Below, piece by piece: positions 40,217 to 53,951 of a stretch of 64,000 nt of DNA. The translations under genes and the position numbers were made by a program. Position 1 is the stretch's first letter. Every line of letters begins with the position of its first letter. The notes below the pieces were generated by a model. That model was not told the DNA's origin and made no database searches. It saw only the letters and a list, made by a program, of their open reading frames with translations. The stretch is from Octopus vulgaris (lineage: Eukaryota): contig OX597835.1 in NCBI GenBank assembly GCA_951406725.2, forward strand, positions 15,314,001 to 15,378,000. Reading direction: 5' to 3'.

Positions 40217-40872
40217 GGTTTCAAATTTCGGGGGAGGGGGACAAGTCGATTACATCGACCCCAGGACTCAACTGGTACTTATTTTATCTACACCGTAACG
40301 ATGAAAGACAAAGTCAACCTCGGCAGGATTTGAACTGGGAACGTAGAGAGAGCCAGAAGAAAAAGTCCGACGCGCTGACAACTCTGTCAGCTCGCCGCCT
40401 TCACGTGAGCCAAGATATTAACATTTGAGAGACTCGGTCGATCTGTGCGTGTGAGAAGACATGCATGGGAAATGGTCTTTGCAAGATGTTGTGCACCGAC
40501 AAGAAAATTAGACTGATAAGTCTTGACCTTTAGCGATATTCCATTCAAAGAAAATTCCATTGATTTTATTCAAAAGACAGGATGAGTCTTGCTCGATGCT
40601 CCGTGGATTTCTTTTCAAAGGCTTGGCTCTAATAGATTTCATTAAGTTTGAAGTATATGAGAGGCTGGTTCTAACTGTATTCTTTGTCTTCGACAGTGTT
40701 AATAGATTTTTTTTTTTCTAAATTTAGTTTAGATTATAAATAATTCAGAGACCTAATCTGCATGAAAAAATAAGAGCAAAGTTCTTGTGAGAACATTTAA
40801 TGTGTAGCATCAAAAGGTTAACGGGAAGTTCATATCAGATGAGGAAAATTATATTGATTAATTACTGATATT

Positions 40873-40891
40873 TATTGTTGTTGTTGTTGTT

Positions 40892-40978
<87 letters not shown>

Positions 40979-41179
40979 GAGTGAGAGAGCAGTGCATGCC
41001 ATCAAAGTGACATTGGGGTAAAATATACGAAGCCCAGTATACCCATCATGACTACCCGTCTGATAAAGGTACACTAGGCACATGCATCACAGCCATATGT
41101 GCGCGACATGGTGATATCATTATTATTATTATTATTGTTATTATTATCATTATTATTATTATCATCATCATCATCATCA

Positions 41180-41213
<34 letters not shown>

Positions 41214-41262
41214 CATCATTATTATTATTATTTTTTATTATTATTATTAATATTATTATTAA

Positions 41263-41305
<43 letters not shown>

Positions 41306-41336
41306 ATTATTATCATTATTATTATTATTATTATTA

Positions 41337-41373
<37 letters not shown>

Positions 41374-41376
41374 CAT
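40873..41376. repeat. (ATT)n/(CTT)n/(CAT)n arrays flanking a 140-bp complex insert
   Basis: Trinucleotide runs; the insert at 40979-41118 is probably a retroposon 3' end. Confidence 0.85.
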
Positions 41377-41489
41377 CCTTTTTGTTTTGGTGGAGGTAAG
41401 GGTTTATTTATTTGTTTTAAATTATCCCAGTAAATAAGTTTAACACCTTCGGATACAAACGGCCGAAATAGGGTTCTTCTTAAGGACCT

Positions 41490-41890
41490 CTGGAATAACG
41501 TTACTCGACAGGGTGCGAAACCCCGAGATGAAGGAATCTCTCAAGATCGAACCGTTAGTTTTCCGCATTGAGAGAACACAGCTCCGATACTACGGACATG
41601 CGGCTAGAATGCCGCAGGAGAGGATGACAAGACACCGGTTTTCAAGTTGAGCCAACTGCCAAGGGACCCAGGAGACACAGAAGACCCAGGAGACACAGAA
41701 GACCCAGGAGACTCAGAAGACCCAGGAGACCCAGGATTAGACCAAGAACGTGATGGTTGGATAATATCCATAGACTCGGTTGGTCATATTTGGGGACCCA
41801 AGCAGAAAATTTAATGGCTGTTGCTTCTGACAGGATTCTATAAGGAAGGCGTCAGAGGCCCCCTACGACCTCCAAAGAATAGTGAGCATC
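41490..41890 (+). pseudogene. Decayed RTE-clade LINE 3' end with internal 19-bp tandem repeat
   Basis: GITLLDRVRNPEMKESLKIEPLVFRIERTQLRYYGHAARMPQER, then PRT*WLDNI; (GACCCAGGAGACACAGAA-like) unit about x3.5 at 41665-41735. Confidence 0.8.
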
Positions 41891-42069
41891 GAAAATGAAT
41901 GGAACTTCGAGAATTTTCTGTCTTATATCTGACCTTCTTGTACTTGGTGAAAATTCAGATGGAAAATTAAAAGTAAAAGCATAATGTTTCGAGTATGGCT
42001 CTTCGTCGGGTTTGTAAAGTTCAGGAAAGAGGAAAAGGGGGGAAGAAACGGATAGTCTGGAGAAAAGCG

Positions 42070-42392
42070 CGTGAGTATGTATAGTAGTTAGGGAATTGGG
42101 CTCATGATCGTAAGGTCGTGATTTCGATTCATGGCAGCGCGTTGTCTCCTTCAACAAGACACTTTATTTCTCGTTGTTCTAGTTCACTCAGCTGGCAAAA
42201 ATAAGTTGTACCTGTATTTCAAAAGGGCCAGCTTTGTCACACTCCGTGTCACGCTGAATCTCCCTGAGTACTACGTTAAGGGGACGCGTGTCTGTGGAGT
42301 GCTCAGCCACTTGCATGTTAATTTCGCGAGCAGACTGTTCCGTTATTCCAATCAAATGGAACCATTGTGGTTATAACCGACGGAGTGCTTAT
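42070..42392 (+). mobile_element. Older SINE family A relative
   Basis: Shares the GTTGTACCTGTATTTCAAA..CCGACGGAGTGCTT tail with 516-897. Confidence 0.8.
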
Positions 42393-42398
42393 CAGTAG

Positions 42399-42447
<49 letters not shown>

Positions 42448-42462
42448 CATAGCTACAGATAT

Positions 42463-42506
<44 letters not shown>

Positions 42507-42686
42507 CACATATACATACGTGCATATACATACACACAAACATATATATATATATATAGGTATGTACATATATATTCATATATATGCATATATATATATA
42601 CATATTTATACATATATATATATGTGTGTGTTTATATACATATTTATACATATGTATATAAACATATATACATATATATACATATG

Positions 42687-42732
<46 letters not shown>

Positions 42733-42828
42733 AATATGCATATATATATATATAGATATACTCACACACACATATATGTATATATATGTATATATATGAG
42801 TATATATGTGTGTGCGCGTGTAGGTATA

Positions 42829-42886
<58 letters not shown>

Positions 42887-42888
<2 letters not shown>

Positions 42889-43078
42889 ACAGAAAGAGAG
42901 CATTAACATATATCTGTTTGTCAGATATCTGCCTGTGCGTGGGTGCATATATATGAATATGTGTGTGTGTGTGTATGTGTGTATATGTGTGTGCGTGTAG
43001 TATGTGGGGGTGTATATATATACATACACATACATACATATATATATATACCTACACGCACACAGACACACACACACA

Positions 43079-43169
<91 letters not shown>

Positions 43170-43230
43170 CCACACACACAGGCAGCAGATATCTGACAGA
43201 CAGATATATGTTAATGCTCTCTTTCTGCTG
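42887..43230. repeat. Fold-back with about 70-bp complex arms around inverted microsatellites
   Basis: CAGAAAGAGAGCATTAACATATATCTG..GGGTGCAT mirrored at 43158-43230. Confidence 0.85.
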
Positions 43231-43524
43231 ACGATGTCATTATATTCGTTTTGTATCTCTTCTCTTCTCCGCCATTTTGCTTTATTGTGCAAGTCGTGTA
43301 CAAAATCTAAAAAGCAACAAAACTAACAACAACAAAAAAACAATAATAATAATAATAATAATAATAACAATAATAATAATAATAAAAACTTATTAAATGA
43401 GTATTTTTCAATCACATCTCATCTCGAACGGCTCATCCCTTCTGCTAGCTAGCGGACATTAACATATACTGTTAGATTCCATTAAAATGAAAATTAATAT
43501 GCTACGGAGAGGAGAAAGATTTCT

Positions 43525-43607
<83 letters not shown>

Positions 43608-44165
43608 TCCATATGTGTTGTGGCGCGTTGTTTTATCTTAGATTTCACATTAACAAGACGAAATACGTAATCACGTCAGAAACATAAATACGGTTTTTCA
43701 AACTACTTTTATCAACAAATTTTATCAACAAAATATAAATAATGATGTGAAAAGGCTTCTAAATACATTCAACAGTGAATTTTTATTTTGTATATGAGTT
43801 GTTGTTGTTGTTGTTGTTGTTGTTTGGGGGGGGGAATGGCTTTTGTTTTCTTAGTCTTTTTTTGTTTATTGTACTTTGATTTTTTTTTTTGATTTTCTTC
43901 CTTGCGAAATTAAAATGAAACAGAACAGCTCTCGAAATACTTAACACCTAAAGAGCAGTTGCGAATTATACCTACATATGTGTGTGGGTGTGGGTGTGTG
44001 TATGTATGTATGTATGTATGTATGTATGTATGTATGTATGATGTGTGTATGTACATAAATTCATACATATATGTATGTATGAGCATATATATATGTATGC
44101 GTGTATGTGTATATATATATATATATATTTATATATGTATCTATATATATATATGTATATATATA

Positions 44166-44227
<62 letters not shown>

Positions 44228-44274
44228 ATCCGTTCACTCAGCACCGTCCATTGGACGGGGGGGGGAGTTTGCTC

Positions 44275-44333
<59 letters not shown>

Positions 44334-44451
44334 CGGTGCAGTCATGGCTGTGTGATTAAGAAGCTTGCTTTGCAACCACATCGGTTCCGTTTCGCCCTAC
44401 TGCGCGGCACCTTTCTACAATGTCCGGTTAAATTTAAAATTAAATTAATAA

Positions 44452-44819
44452 TGTTGTAAAGCGGTCTTTTGGCACTGTTGTATCTGTTTTTCGACGACGG
44501 TTGTCGCTCTGACAGATATTGTTATATTCCGAAGTCGTCGATAGAACGTTTCTATCTGGCACCGTACGACCCCCAGTCGTACAGTAGTATATTCTTCAAA
44601 AGGTTGGATCGATATAATGTCCACTCAGTATCACAGTATGATTACTTTATCAGCACAGACACGACTATCAACACAGTCTACACATACTCTCGACCGTCTG
44701 ACATTTTTACCTTCTAGTGTCGACCGGCTACTGGTCTATTTATAACGGCTGGCTACTACCACATTTTATCCGAAGAGGTGTTAAGTTTCACTATACAACA
44801 ACTATACACATTTACAACA
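44452..44819. mobile_element. Possible solo LTR
   Basis: TG..CA ends with 9-bp inverted termini TGTTGTAAA/TTTACAACA, CpG-rich interior, TATAAATA on minus; no TSD seen. Confidence 0.45.
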
Positions 44820-44859
44820 ACATTACATTAAAATAACGATGTGTGTAACTTATATAATA

Positions 44860-45081
44860 CAGGGTGCGGCAGAAGTAACGCCCTATGCATTTCAGTTTCC
44901 TAGTTCCCAATTGAATTTCTTTCTTTATTTCCTAAAACTTCTGCAATTTTTTCATTAGTTTATTATTCGTTTCTATAAGTAATGCAATAAATTTGTATTC
45001 AATAAAAAATTACTTAATAAACATTTATATACTATAAAAATTATTAAATGCAAAAAAAATCATTACTTCTGTCGCACCCTG
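44860..45081. mobile_element. Tc1/mariner-type MITE
   Basis: TIRs CAGGGTGCGGCAGAAGTAA / TTACTTCTGTCGCACCCTG flanked by TA. Confidence 0.85.
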
Positions 45082-45574
45082 TATATGTACAAATGTAGAC
45101 ATATAAATCTATCATTTTCTAGAAGTTTCTCTGAGACAAAATAGTAATGCTGACTGTGTTCTACTCTGTATATACATTATACAATTTATGTAAATTGGTC
45201 TCTCCAATAGTGTAACACCGCTAGACTTAGTGTCTATTTAAGCAATATATTCGTAGATAGTTGAATGTGGCGCTGATGAGAGAGCAATAACTCCTGAAAA
45301 TGCATATACACCCATTACCTATCATTCTCTCTTCGTTCGCATTGTTTACAAAGACATATTCGTAAACGAAATGTAGTAACTTTTGATGCTGGCTCTAAAT
45401 TATATAGAAAACCTGTAAAGATAAACTTAAAAATGAAAATAACGCACTGCTAACACAAACGTTGGATGCAGTATTGGCTTATAAGCCTTTAATATATCTG
45501 GTGGTATATTACTATTGCAGAACGAAATACTGTTGCAAAACGAAATCCCTACAAGCAATTAATATGAATTTTAG

Positions 45575-45915
45575 CCACATGGTTCTGGGTTCAGTCCCAC
45601 GGCATGGCACCTAGGGCGAGTGTCTTCTACTATAGCCTTGGGCCGACCAAAGCCTTGTGAGTGGATTTGGTAGACGGAAACTGAAAGAAGCCCGTCGTAT
45701 GTGTGTGTGTGTGTGTGTGTGTGTCCCATCATCGCTTGACAACCGATGTTGGTGTGCTTACGTCCCCGTAGCGTAGCGGTTCGGCTAAAGTAACCGATAG
45801 AATAAGTACTAGGCTTACAAAGAATAAGTCCTGGGGTCGATTTGTTCGACTAAAGGTGGTGCTCCAACATGGCCGCAATCAAAATGGCTGAAGCAAGTAA
45901 AAGAATAAAAGAATC
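45575..45915 (+). mobile_element. SINE family C, 5'-truncated
   Basis: B-box, CORE-like motif, (TG)n and tail present. Confidence 0.85.
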
Positions 45916-46507
45916 GTAAATGTCTCAGTATTTACCGGGTCTAATGTAGTACTTATTTAAAAAAAGGAAAAGAAACGAATTTATTTTCAAATGTAAGTGT
46001 TTCTTACGTTCCAAAACGACTTCAAGATTATCTCCTTGACGGCAAATCGTACTCGAACTCCGATTAATAGGGCAGAATTATCTGTTGTAAAAGATAAATT
46101 CTACAAAAGAGAAATTAATTTTATTGGTAATCCTCGCCACATGTCAATTTTCTCTAGTCTTTCAACAATGTTAACTTTTCTCCTAATCTCATTAATATCT
46201 TTTGTTTGTGACTGTTGACAATTTTATTTTATAGCGTTAAATATTTATATTTCGGGTTCATGAAATGTGCATTAAAAAGTCAGTGTTGGAGCAAAGGTTT
46301 GTTTTTACGAATATCTATTTTAGATACGATTTTAAGGGAAAACGAAAAAGAAAAAATATCGATTATTGATTAGAATGGTGGCCCATTAATTTTAATAACA
46401 ATATGAGACAATCACATCGCTCTGGAAAAATCATTAACTCACTTTTTGATATTGAAATTAAATTAAGAAAAATTATTCACTAAAACTGTTTTATTGGATC
46501 GGCATAT

Positions 46508-46661
<154 letters not shown>

Positions 46662-47089
46662 TATTATTGTTGTTGTTATTACTATCTCAATAACTCTGTT
46701 ATATAAAATTCTACAGTTATTCATTTGGCAATTGCTTACATTCAGTTGTATATCTTCTCATAAAATGCTAAGTTTTGTGGAGAAAGACAGACAGAGAGAA
46801 AAAGATAGACGCATAGAGAGGGTGAGACAGAAAGACGGGTGAATAAAAGTTTCCAAAAGATCGATGTTGTGTTTAAGCTTTTTTGTTCTATGAAAGAAGA
46901 GCAAGAAGAGGAGTGAGTTCCAAGCGGGAGGAATGTAAGGAAATGAAATAGAAAATGGCTGGGGTTTTTTTTCTTCTTTTTTTCCTTTGGTTTTCGGTTA
47001 TGGTTTAAAAATTATTAGTGCGCCTGTGTGTGTGTGTGTGTGTGTGTATGTGTTTGCGCGCGCGTGTGTGTGTGTGTGTGTTTGCGCGC

Positions 47090-47120
<31 letters not shown>

Positions 47121-47140
47121 CGGCGTTCATATTAAGGACA

Positions 47141-47470
47141 AGGGGAGGAGGAGGAGGACAGCGGAGGAGGAGGAGGACAGGGGAGGAGGAGGAGGACAGG
47201 GGAGGAGGAGGACATAGGGAGGAGGAGGAGGACATGGGGAGGAGGAGGACATGGAGAGGAGGAGGACATGGGGAGGAGGAGGACTTGGAGAGGAGGAGGA
47301 CATGGAGAGGAGGAGGACATGGAGAGGAGGAGGACAGGGGAGGAGGAGGACATGGGGAGGAGGAGCACATGGGCTGGAGGAGCACATAGGGAGGAGGAGG
47401 AGGAGGACATGGAGAGGAGGAGGACATGGAGAGGAGGAGCACATGGGGAGGAGGAGGAAGACATGGGGTG
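47141..47470 (+). repeat. GGA-rich minisatellite (GGAGGAGGAGGACATGG-like)
   Basis: Degenerate units of 17-18 bp. Confidence 0.9.
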
Positions 47471-47923
47471 GAGGGGCCCTCCCTCCCCATAAACGCATTT
47501 CGAACTCTTTATGCTCTCATCAGTATCAGATGCTAAAGGGAGTGTCATTGACATGACTGGAAGCCTTCAAAAATTTTTCTCATGGCAAACCACAGCAAAA
47601 ATGTTCTTTCTACAGCTCAAATACATACATATTTACCCTGCTTTGAGACATATTTAACCAGATCTAAAAGCATATTTATTTCACATCACTGCTTCATGTG
47701 CCACCTATGTATTTCTGTTTTATTTGAAATCTAAGTTTCGCCTTTTTATAATGCCTTACATTTTTAGCTTCATTGTTAGAAGGAAATAAAATGATCACAC
47801 TAAAGGCTTTATTTTTATGGATAATAAAAAAGTAGTTGTCGTTTGTCTGGTTTCTAGTCTTTTAGAGGAAGAATAGCTATCTGTCAATGAAGAGGTTAGT
47901 TACCCATTGCTTTATATAATGTA

Positions 47924-48039
47924 CTAGCAGTATAACCCGGCTTTGCCCGGGATTAACTTAGAATTATTAGGCTAATCAAGCTCTTTATTTCAAACTAAAC
48001 TAACATCAACGTCAAATTTGGGCGAAATCCGTTGAAATT

Positions 48040-48076
<37 letters not shown>

Positions 48077-48495
48077 GGGCAACACACACACAAACACACA
48101 CGTACGTACGTACACCTATTGCATACATGTTTTTTGTACGCATATATGTTCGTATGTGTGGGTGTTGCCTGTATATCAACAAAACACTTTTTTCGTCGAT
48201 GGAAAAAAACAACAAAAGTCTTAACAAAAACTTACTCGTCGCTAGGAGGGGACTTAACTCATGTTTGCAAACAATGGTGATTTCTCCGACTAGAAAATTG
48301 TTAAAAGTTTTGGTTGAAAATTTATTTTTACTGCTATTCACTGGTGCCTCTGGGAGAAATAAGTTGACGAAAATACAGCAAGGATCATGACGAATGTCCT
48401 CCTAAAATTGGAGCGACATGCGTGCTAATTTGTGGACGTGCATAAATTACATTCACGTACACACACACACACATCCTGCCTTTTATATATACAGA
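47924..48495 (-). mobile_element. Non-autonomous Helitron, second family
   Basis: On minus: A|TC start, CCCGGGCAAAGCCGGG hairpin, CTAG|T end. Confidence 0.8.
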
Positions 48496-48889
48496 TACAA
48501 TGTAAGACTCAGTTAAACTTGTCAATCTAATTTGCATAACACAGCATACACTGCCAACACGGATGAACAGCTTTCAGCATATACATTTACCTAACTTTTT
48601 GGATAATTTTAAACGTAAAGAGTACATTTTTTAATAAACATCCAATTTTATTTTGCTGTAAGAAATATAGATTGTAGTTACATGGTAAGTCTCCTTTCTT
48701 TTAGTTTGCATTCATTTTATAAGATTGTAACTTCTTTGTAGACAAAACATGGAATTTGTTTTCTTTTTCCCGCATAGAACATTATCAAAACTGCATTCAG
48801 ATAATTCATTTTCTTTTCAGATAACAGTAAATACTTAAGTCTTGGTCTGTACTGCTCACACAGCTGTTAATAGTGTTGTTATGACAAAG

Positions 48890-49765
48890 GGGTGAGCTGG
48901 CAGAATTGTTAGCACACCGGATAATATGCTTAGCAGCATTTCGTCTGTCTTTACGTTCTGAGTTCAAATTCTGCGGAGACTGACTTTATGTTTCATCTTT
49001 TCAGGGTCAATAAATTAAGTACCAGTTGAGTTCTGGGATTGATGTAATCAACTTACATCCTCCTCCGAAATTGCTGGCCTTGTGCCAAAATTGGAAACCA
49101 CTACTATTATTATTTAGGCAAAGGTGGCAAGATGGCTGAATCATTAACACGCTGGGCAAAATGCTCAGCGGCATTTCGGTCATCTTTATGTTCTGAGTTC
49201 AAATTCCGCTGAGGTTGACTTTGTCTTTTATCCTTTCAGGGCAGACAAAGTAAGTACCAGTTGAGTACCTGGGGCCAGTGTAATCAACTTAGCCACTCCC
49301 CAAAATTTCTGGCCTTGTGCCAAAATTTGAAATCAATATTGTTATTATGGTTTGCAAATCCACGGCTTCGGGTTCAGTCCCACTGTGCATCACCAAGGGC
49401 AAGTGTCTTTTACTGTTAGCCGAAGCTGACCACTGCCTTGTGAGTGAATTTGGAAGATGGAAACTGTATGGAAGCTGTCATAGATGCATATATGCATATG
49501 CGTGTGTATGTATGCGTGTGTGTATGTGTGTATGTGTGTGTGTGTGTGTGTGTTTGTGTGTGTTTGTCTCCCACCGTTGCTTACCAGTTAGCTTGTTTAC
49601 ATCCCCGTAACATAGCAGTTCAGCAAAAGACACCAATAAAACAAGCAGCAGACTTGAAAAATAAATTCGTACTGAGGTTAATTTATTTATCTAAGCCCGT
49701 CAAGGCCCTGCTCCAGCCTGGCCACAATTCAATGACTGACTGAAACAAATAAAGAAATAAGAAGG
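48890..49765 (+). mobile_element. Cluster of CpG-decayed SINE B (x2) and SINE C copies
   Basis: Recognisable motifs with many CG>TG/CA changes. Confidence 0.8.
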
Positions 49766-49910
49766 GTTCCAGTTAATCTAATCAATGGAACAGCCTGCTC
49801 AGGAAATTAACATACAAGTGGCTGAGTACTCCACAGACACGTCTACCCCTAATGCAAGTGCGCAGGGAGATTCAGCGTGACACAGAATGTGACAAGCATA
49901 TTATTTCACA

Positions 49911-50327
49911 TCTCTTCCTCCTCCATGTCCTCCTCCTCCACGTCCTCCTCCTCTATGTCCACTTCCTCCATGTCCTCCTCCTCCTACATGTCCTCCTCCT
50001 CCATGACCCCCTTCCTCCTCTCTTCTTTGTCCTCCTCCTCCTCCATGTCCCCCTCCTTCTCCATGTCCCCTCCTCCTCCATGTCCCCCTTCCTCCTCTCT
50101 TCTTTGTCCTCCTCCTGCTCCATGTCCCCCTCCTCCTCCATGTCCCCTTCCTCCTCTCTTCTTTGTCCTCCTCCTGCTCCATGTCCCCCTCCTTCGCCAT
50201 GTCCCCCTCCTCTTCCATGTCCCCTTCCTCCTCTCTTCTTTGTCCTCCTCCATGTTCCCCTCCTCCTCCATGTCCCCTTCCTCCTCTCTTCTTTATCCTC
50301 CTCCTCCTCCATGTTCTCCATGTCCCT
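49911..50327 (-). repeat. CCT-rich minisatellite (CCTCCTCCTCCATGTCC-like)
   Basis: Reverse complement of the unit type at 47141-47470. Confidence 0.9.
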
Positions 50328-50959
50328 TTCTGAATTACAGGCACTACTCGTTTTTGCCAGCTGAGTGGACTGGAGCAATGTGAAATAAAGTGTCTTGCTC
50401 AAGGACACAACGCTTCGCCAGGTGGGGGTGGTGGGGATTGAACTCACGACCTTACGACCATAAGCTGAATACAATAACCACTAATCCACGCACTTCCACA
50501 CACACACACACACACTCTACACTCTACCCCAACCCCCTTACTGAATCAATCCTTCCCTGGGTCACACCTTCACCTCTGTCACTGAACCTCGACCATAAAA
50601 TGGTTTAAGTCTTATTTCTGTCTGTTATAATACACTGTAATTCGATGTTGACTGTTTCCAAAATAAATAAATACTGACAACCATTTGGATTTTGGAACTC
50701 CTACCCTCACACACACAAACACACACACACACACACACATACACACGCACACGCACGCACACACACACACAAACATTTGTTATTTTAATGTCAGTCTATA
50801 GAAATTCTTAACTGAACTTCAACCTTATTGATCTCTCATTTGCCTAGAAATGTCTCCAATTGTTACCAATGTGGGTCTTCTTCCTCTAATTTAAAAAACA
50901 ATACCTAAATTAGTTCTCTACTCCGCCTTTCTCTCTCTCTCTCTCTCCTTTTCTCTCTC

Positions 50960-51382
50960 CCTCTCTATCTATCTGTCTATCTATCTTTCTATCTCTATCT
51001 ATCTTTCTATCTCTATCTATCTTTCTATCTCTATCTTTCTATCTCTATCTCTCTATCCATCTGTCTATCTATCTTTCTATCTCTATCTATCTTTCTATCT
51101 CTATCTATCTTTCTATCTCTATCTTTCTATCTCTATCTCTCTATCCATCTGTCTATCTATCTTTCTATCTCTATCTATCTTTCTATCTCTATCTATCTTT
51201 CTATCTCTATCTTTCTATCTCTATCTCTCTATCCATCTGTCTATCTATCTTTCTATCTCTATCTATCTTTCTATCTCTATCTATCTTTCTATCTCTATCT
51301 TTCTATCTCTATCTCTCTATCCATCTGTCTATCTATCTTTCTATCTCTATCTATCTTTCTATCTCTATCTCTATATCTCTAT
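50960..51382. repeat. Higher-order (CTAT/CTTT) repeat
   Basis: The block ending CTCTATCCATCTGTCTATCTATC recurs about every 88 bp. Confidence 0.85.
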
Positions 51383-51546
51383 AGGTTCAGTTGTTGGTTA
51401 AAGTTACAAGCATAAAAACTATCCAAGTTCGTCCCCTTCTTTTGCTTTCTCCATTTGTCTATCTTTTTGTGTTCGTTTATTTGCTAGCAAAACATACAAA
51501 TCTAAATAAAGACAAAAAAAATAGAGCATATAGACTTCTGTCCTTC

Positions 51547-51583
<37 letters not shown>

Positions 51584-51654
51584 TCTGTATCATCTTTTGG
51601 TAAAAGATAGGCATCTAACTGAACTGCATCTCAGCTGGCTTCCTCCTCTCTTCG

Positions 51655-51717
<63 letters not shown>

Positions 51718-51958
51718 ATCTATCTATCTATCTATCTATTTATCTATCTATTTGTTTATTGGTAAAACATTGAAGTCTGACTAAAAAAAACAGCATCTGA
51801 ATTAACTCTGTCCATTCCTTCCTCTCTCTTTCTATCTTTTCTGAGTAAAATAAAAAGTTTTTGTTGTATCTAGGGAGGGTCATAATGCCAACAATAAACA
51901 CACACACACTGGTTCTATTTCACTTCTTTTCTTCTTCTTCTTCTTCTTCTTATTATTA

Positions 51959-52025
<67 letters not shown>

Positions 52026-52299
52026 CATCATCATCATCATCATCATCATGATCGTCGTCATGGTCAAAGCAGCGAGCTGGCAGAATTGTTAGCATGCCAG
52101 GCAAAATGCTTAGCGACATTTCATCCAACTTCACATTCTGAGTTCAAATTCCGCTGAGGTCAAGTGTGCCTTTCATCCTTTCTGGGTCAATTAAAGAAGT
52201 ACCAGTTAAACACTGGGGTCGATATAATCAACTAGTCCTCCTCCCCCAAATTTCAGGCCTTGAGCCTCTAGCAGAAAGGATTGTTATTAGCATGATCTC

Positions 52300-52660
52300 A
52301 GAGCTCTCGGTTTTACTTGCTCTGGTTATTTCTGTAAAAGGGTACAGAAAACCCATTGTCAAATCTCTCACAGGTTCTCTTTCGATGATACCCAACACCC
52401 AAGTACCAAGCTCAAAATCATAGCTGTCCCCAAGAAAGCAGTTTTTGAGCATGTTCTGCCCTCATGTGAATTCCAATTTCTTCGACAGATGTCTCAAACT
52501 TGGTTCTTAGTGCTCCCACTGCCTCTACACCTACAGGGATGGCAGTCACTCTCCTCGTTGCCGACATTCTTGCAATTTCACCCTTTAGTAACCCGTATTT
52601 TTTCTACCTTTTCCCCACTCATTATCATCTACATGAGCATCCCCACTATTTCTATTTCAT
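52300..52660 (-). pseudogene. Decayed R4/Dong-like LINE C-terminal fragment
   Basis: Minus strand reads KYGLLKGEIARMSATRRVTAIPVGVEAVGAL, resembling the RLE K..KY..L and P....GALG region. Confidence 0.55.
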
Positions 52661-52774
52661 GCTGAGTGTCTTCCTGACACCTAGAGCAAAGAAACTCACT
52701 GTACACATTGGTAGGCCATTAAAATAAAATTATTATTATTATTATTATTATTATCATTATTAAGCCTTTGTCAG

Positions 52775-53023
52775 CCTCGCCTCGCCCCCGTGCCAGTGGC
52801 ACATAAGAAGTACCATCCGATCGTGGCCGTTCGCCAGACTCGTCTGGCACGTAAAAAGCACCCACTACACTCACGGAGTGGTTGGCGTTAGGAAGGGCAT
52901 CCAGCTGTAGAAACACTGCCAGATCAGACTAGAGCCTGGTGCAGCCTTCTGGCTTCCCAGACCCCAGTTGAACCGTCCAACCTATGCCAGCATGGAAAGC
53001 GGACGCTAAACGATGATGATGAT
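52775..53023 (+). mobile_element. SINE 3' part with RTE-like tail (family D)
   Basis: GGCGTTAGGAAGGGCATCCAGC motif, ends AAACGATGATGAT; a related copy begins at about 63908. Confidence 0.7.
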
Positions 53024-53364
53024 AACTTAGCAAAATAAAAGATACAAATCATCCTTTCTTTCTTAAAAAGCTTCTCTTAATCTTTTTCATTCAACAGAAT
53101 TTCCACGGGTCCCACTAATAAATGTATAATTCTTTTATTCTTTTATTTGTTTTAGTCATTTGACTGTGGCCATGCTGGAGTACCGCCTTTAGTTGAACAA
53201 ATCAACCACAGAACTTATTCTTTGTAAGCCTAGTACTTATTCTATTGGTTCTTTTGCTGAACCACTAAGTTACAGGGACGTAAACACACCAACATCAGTT
53301 GTAAGCGATGGTCGGGGGACAAACACAAACATATACATATATATATTTATACATATATTAATAC

Positions 53365-53536
<172 letters not shown>

Positions 53537-53951
53537 GAAGACACTTACCTTGTTTATTTTAGTAAAACATAGAAGTAGCAGATTGAAAAATAAGTCCTGG
53601 GGTCAATTTGTTTGACTAACCCCTTTCAAGATGGTGCTCCAGTATGGCTGCAATTCAGTGACTGAAACAAGTAAAAGATACAAGGTAAAGAAATTTCCTA
53701 TCTGTCTAATTATTTATTTATTTATTTTGATTAAACATAGAGGTCTAACTCTAAGCCTAACATTCTTCCTCTTTTTTCTCTCTTTTTCGCCCTTTTTCAG
53801 AGTAAAACTCAGTTTCTCCCCCCTTCTTCTCTGTATCTGTCTGTCTTATTTTAGTAAGACAGAGGTCTAACTTTATAAGTCTAGCATCTAGATTAGCTCT
53901 GTCTTTCCCTTTCTATCTCTATCTTTCAGAGTAAGTCATGCAAGTCTAACT

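Noticed and set aside
45319-46100. Two minus-strand exon-like segments (46008-46100 and 45319-45412)
   Set aside because: The splice signals are good, but the frame needed to join them has a stop near the start of the first, and no homology is recognisable.
49852-50474. Pro/Gly/Glu-rich ORFs (also 47005-47556)
   Set aside because: They are open in many frames because of a stop-free minisatellite.
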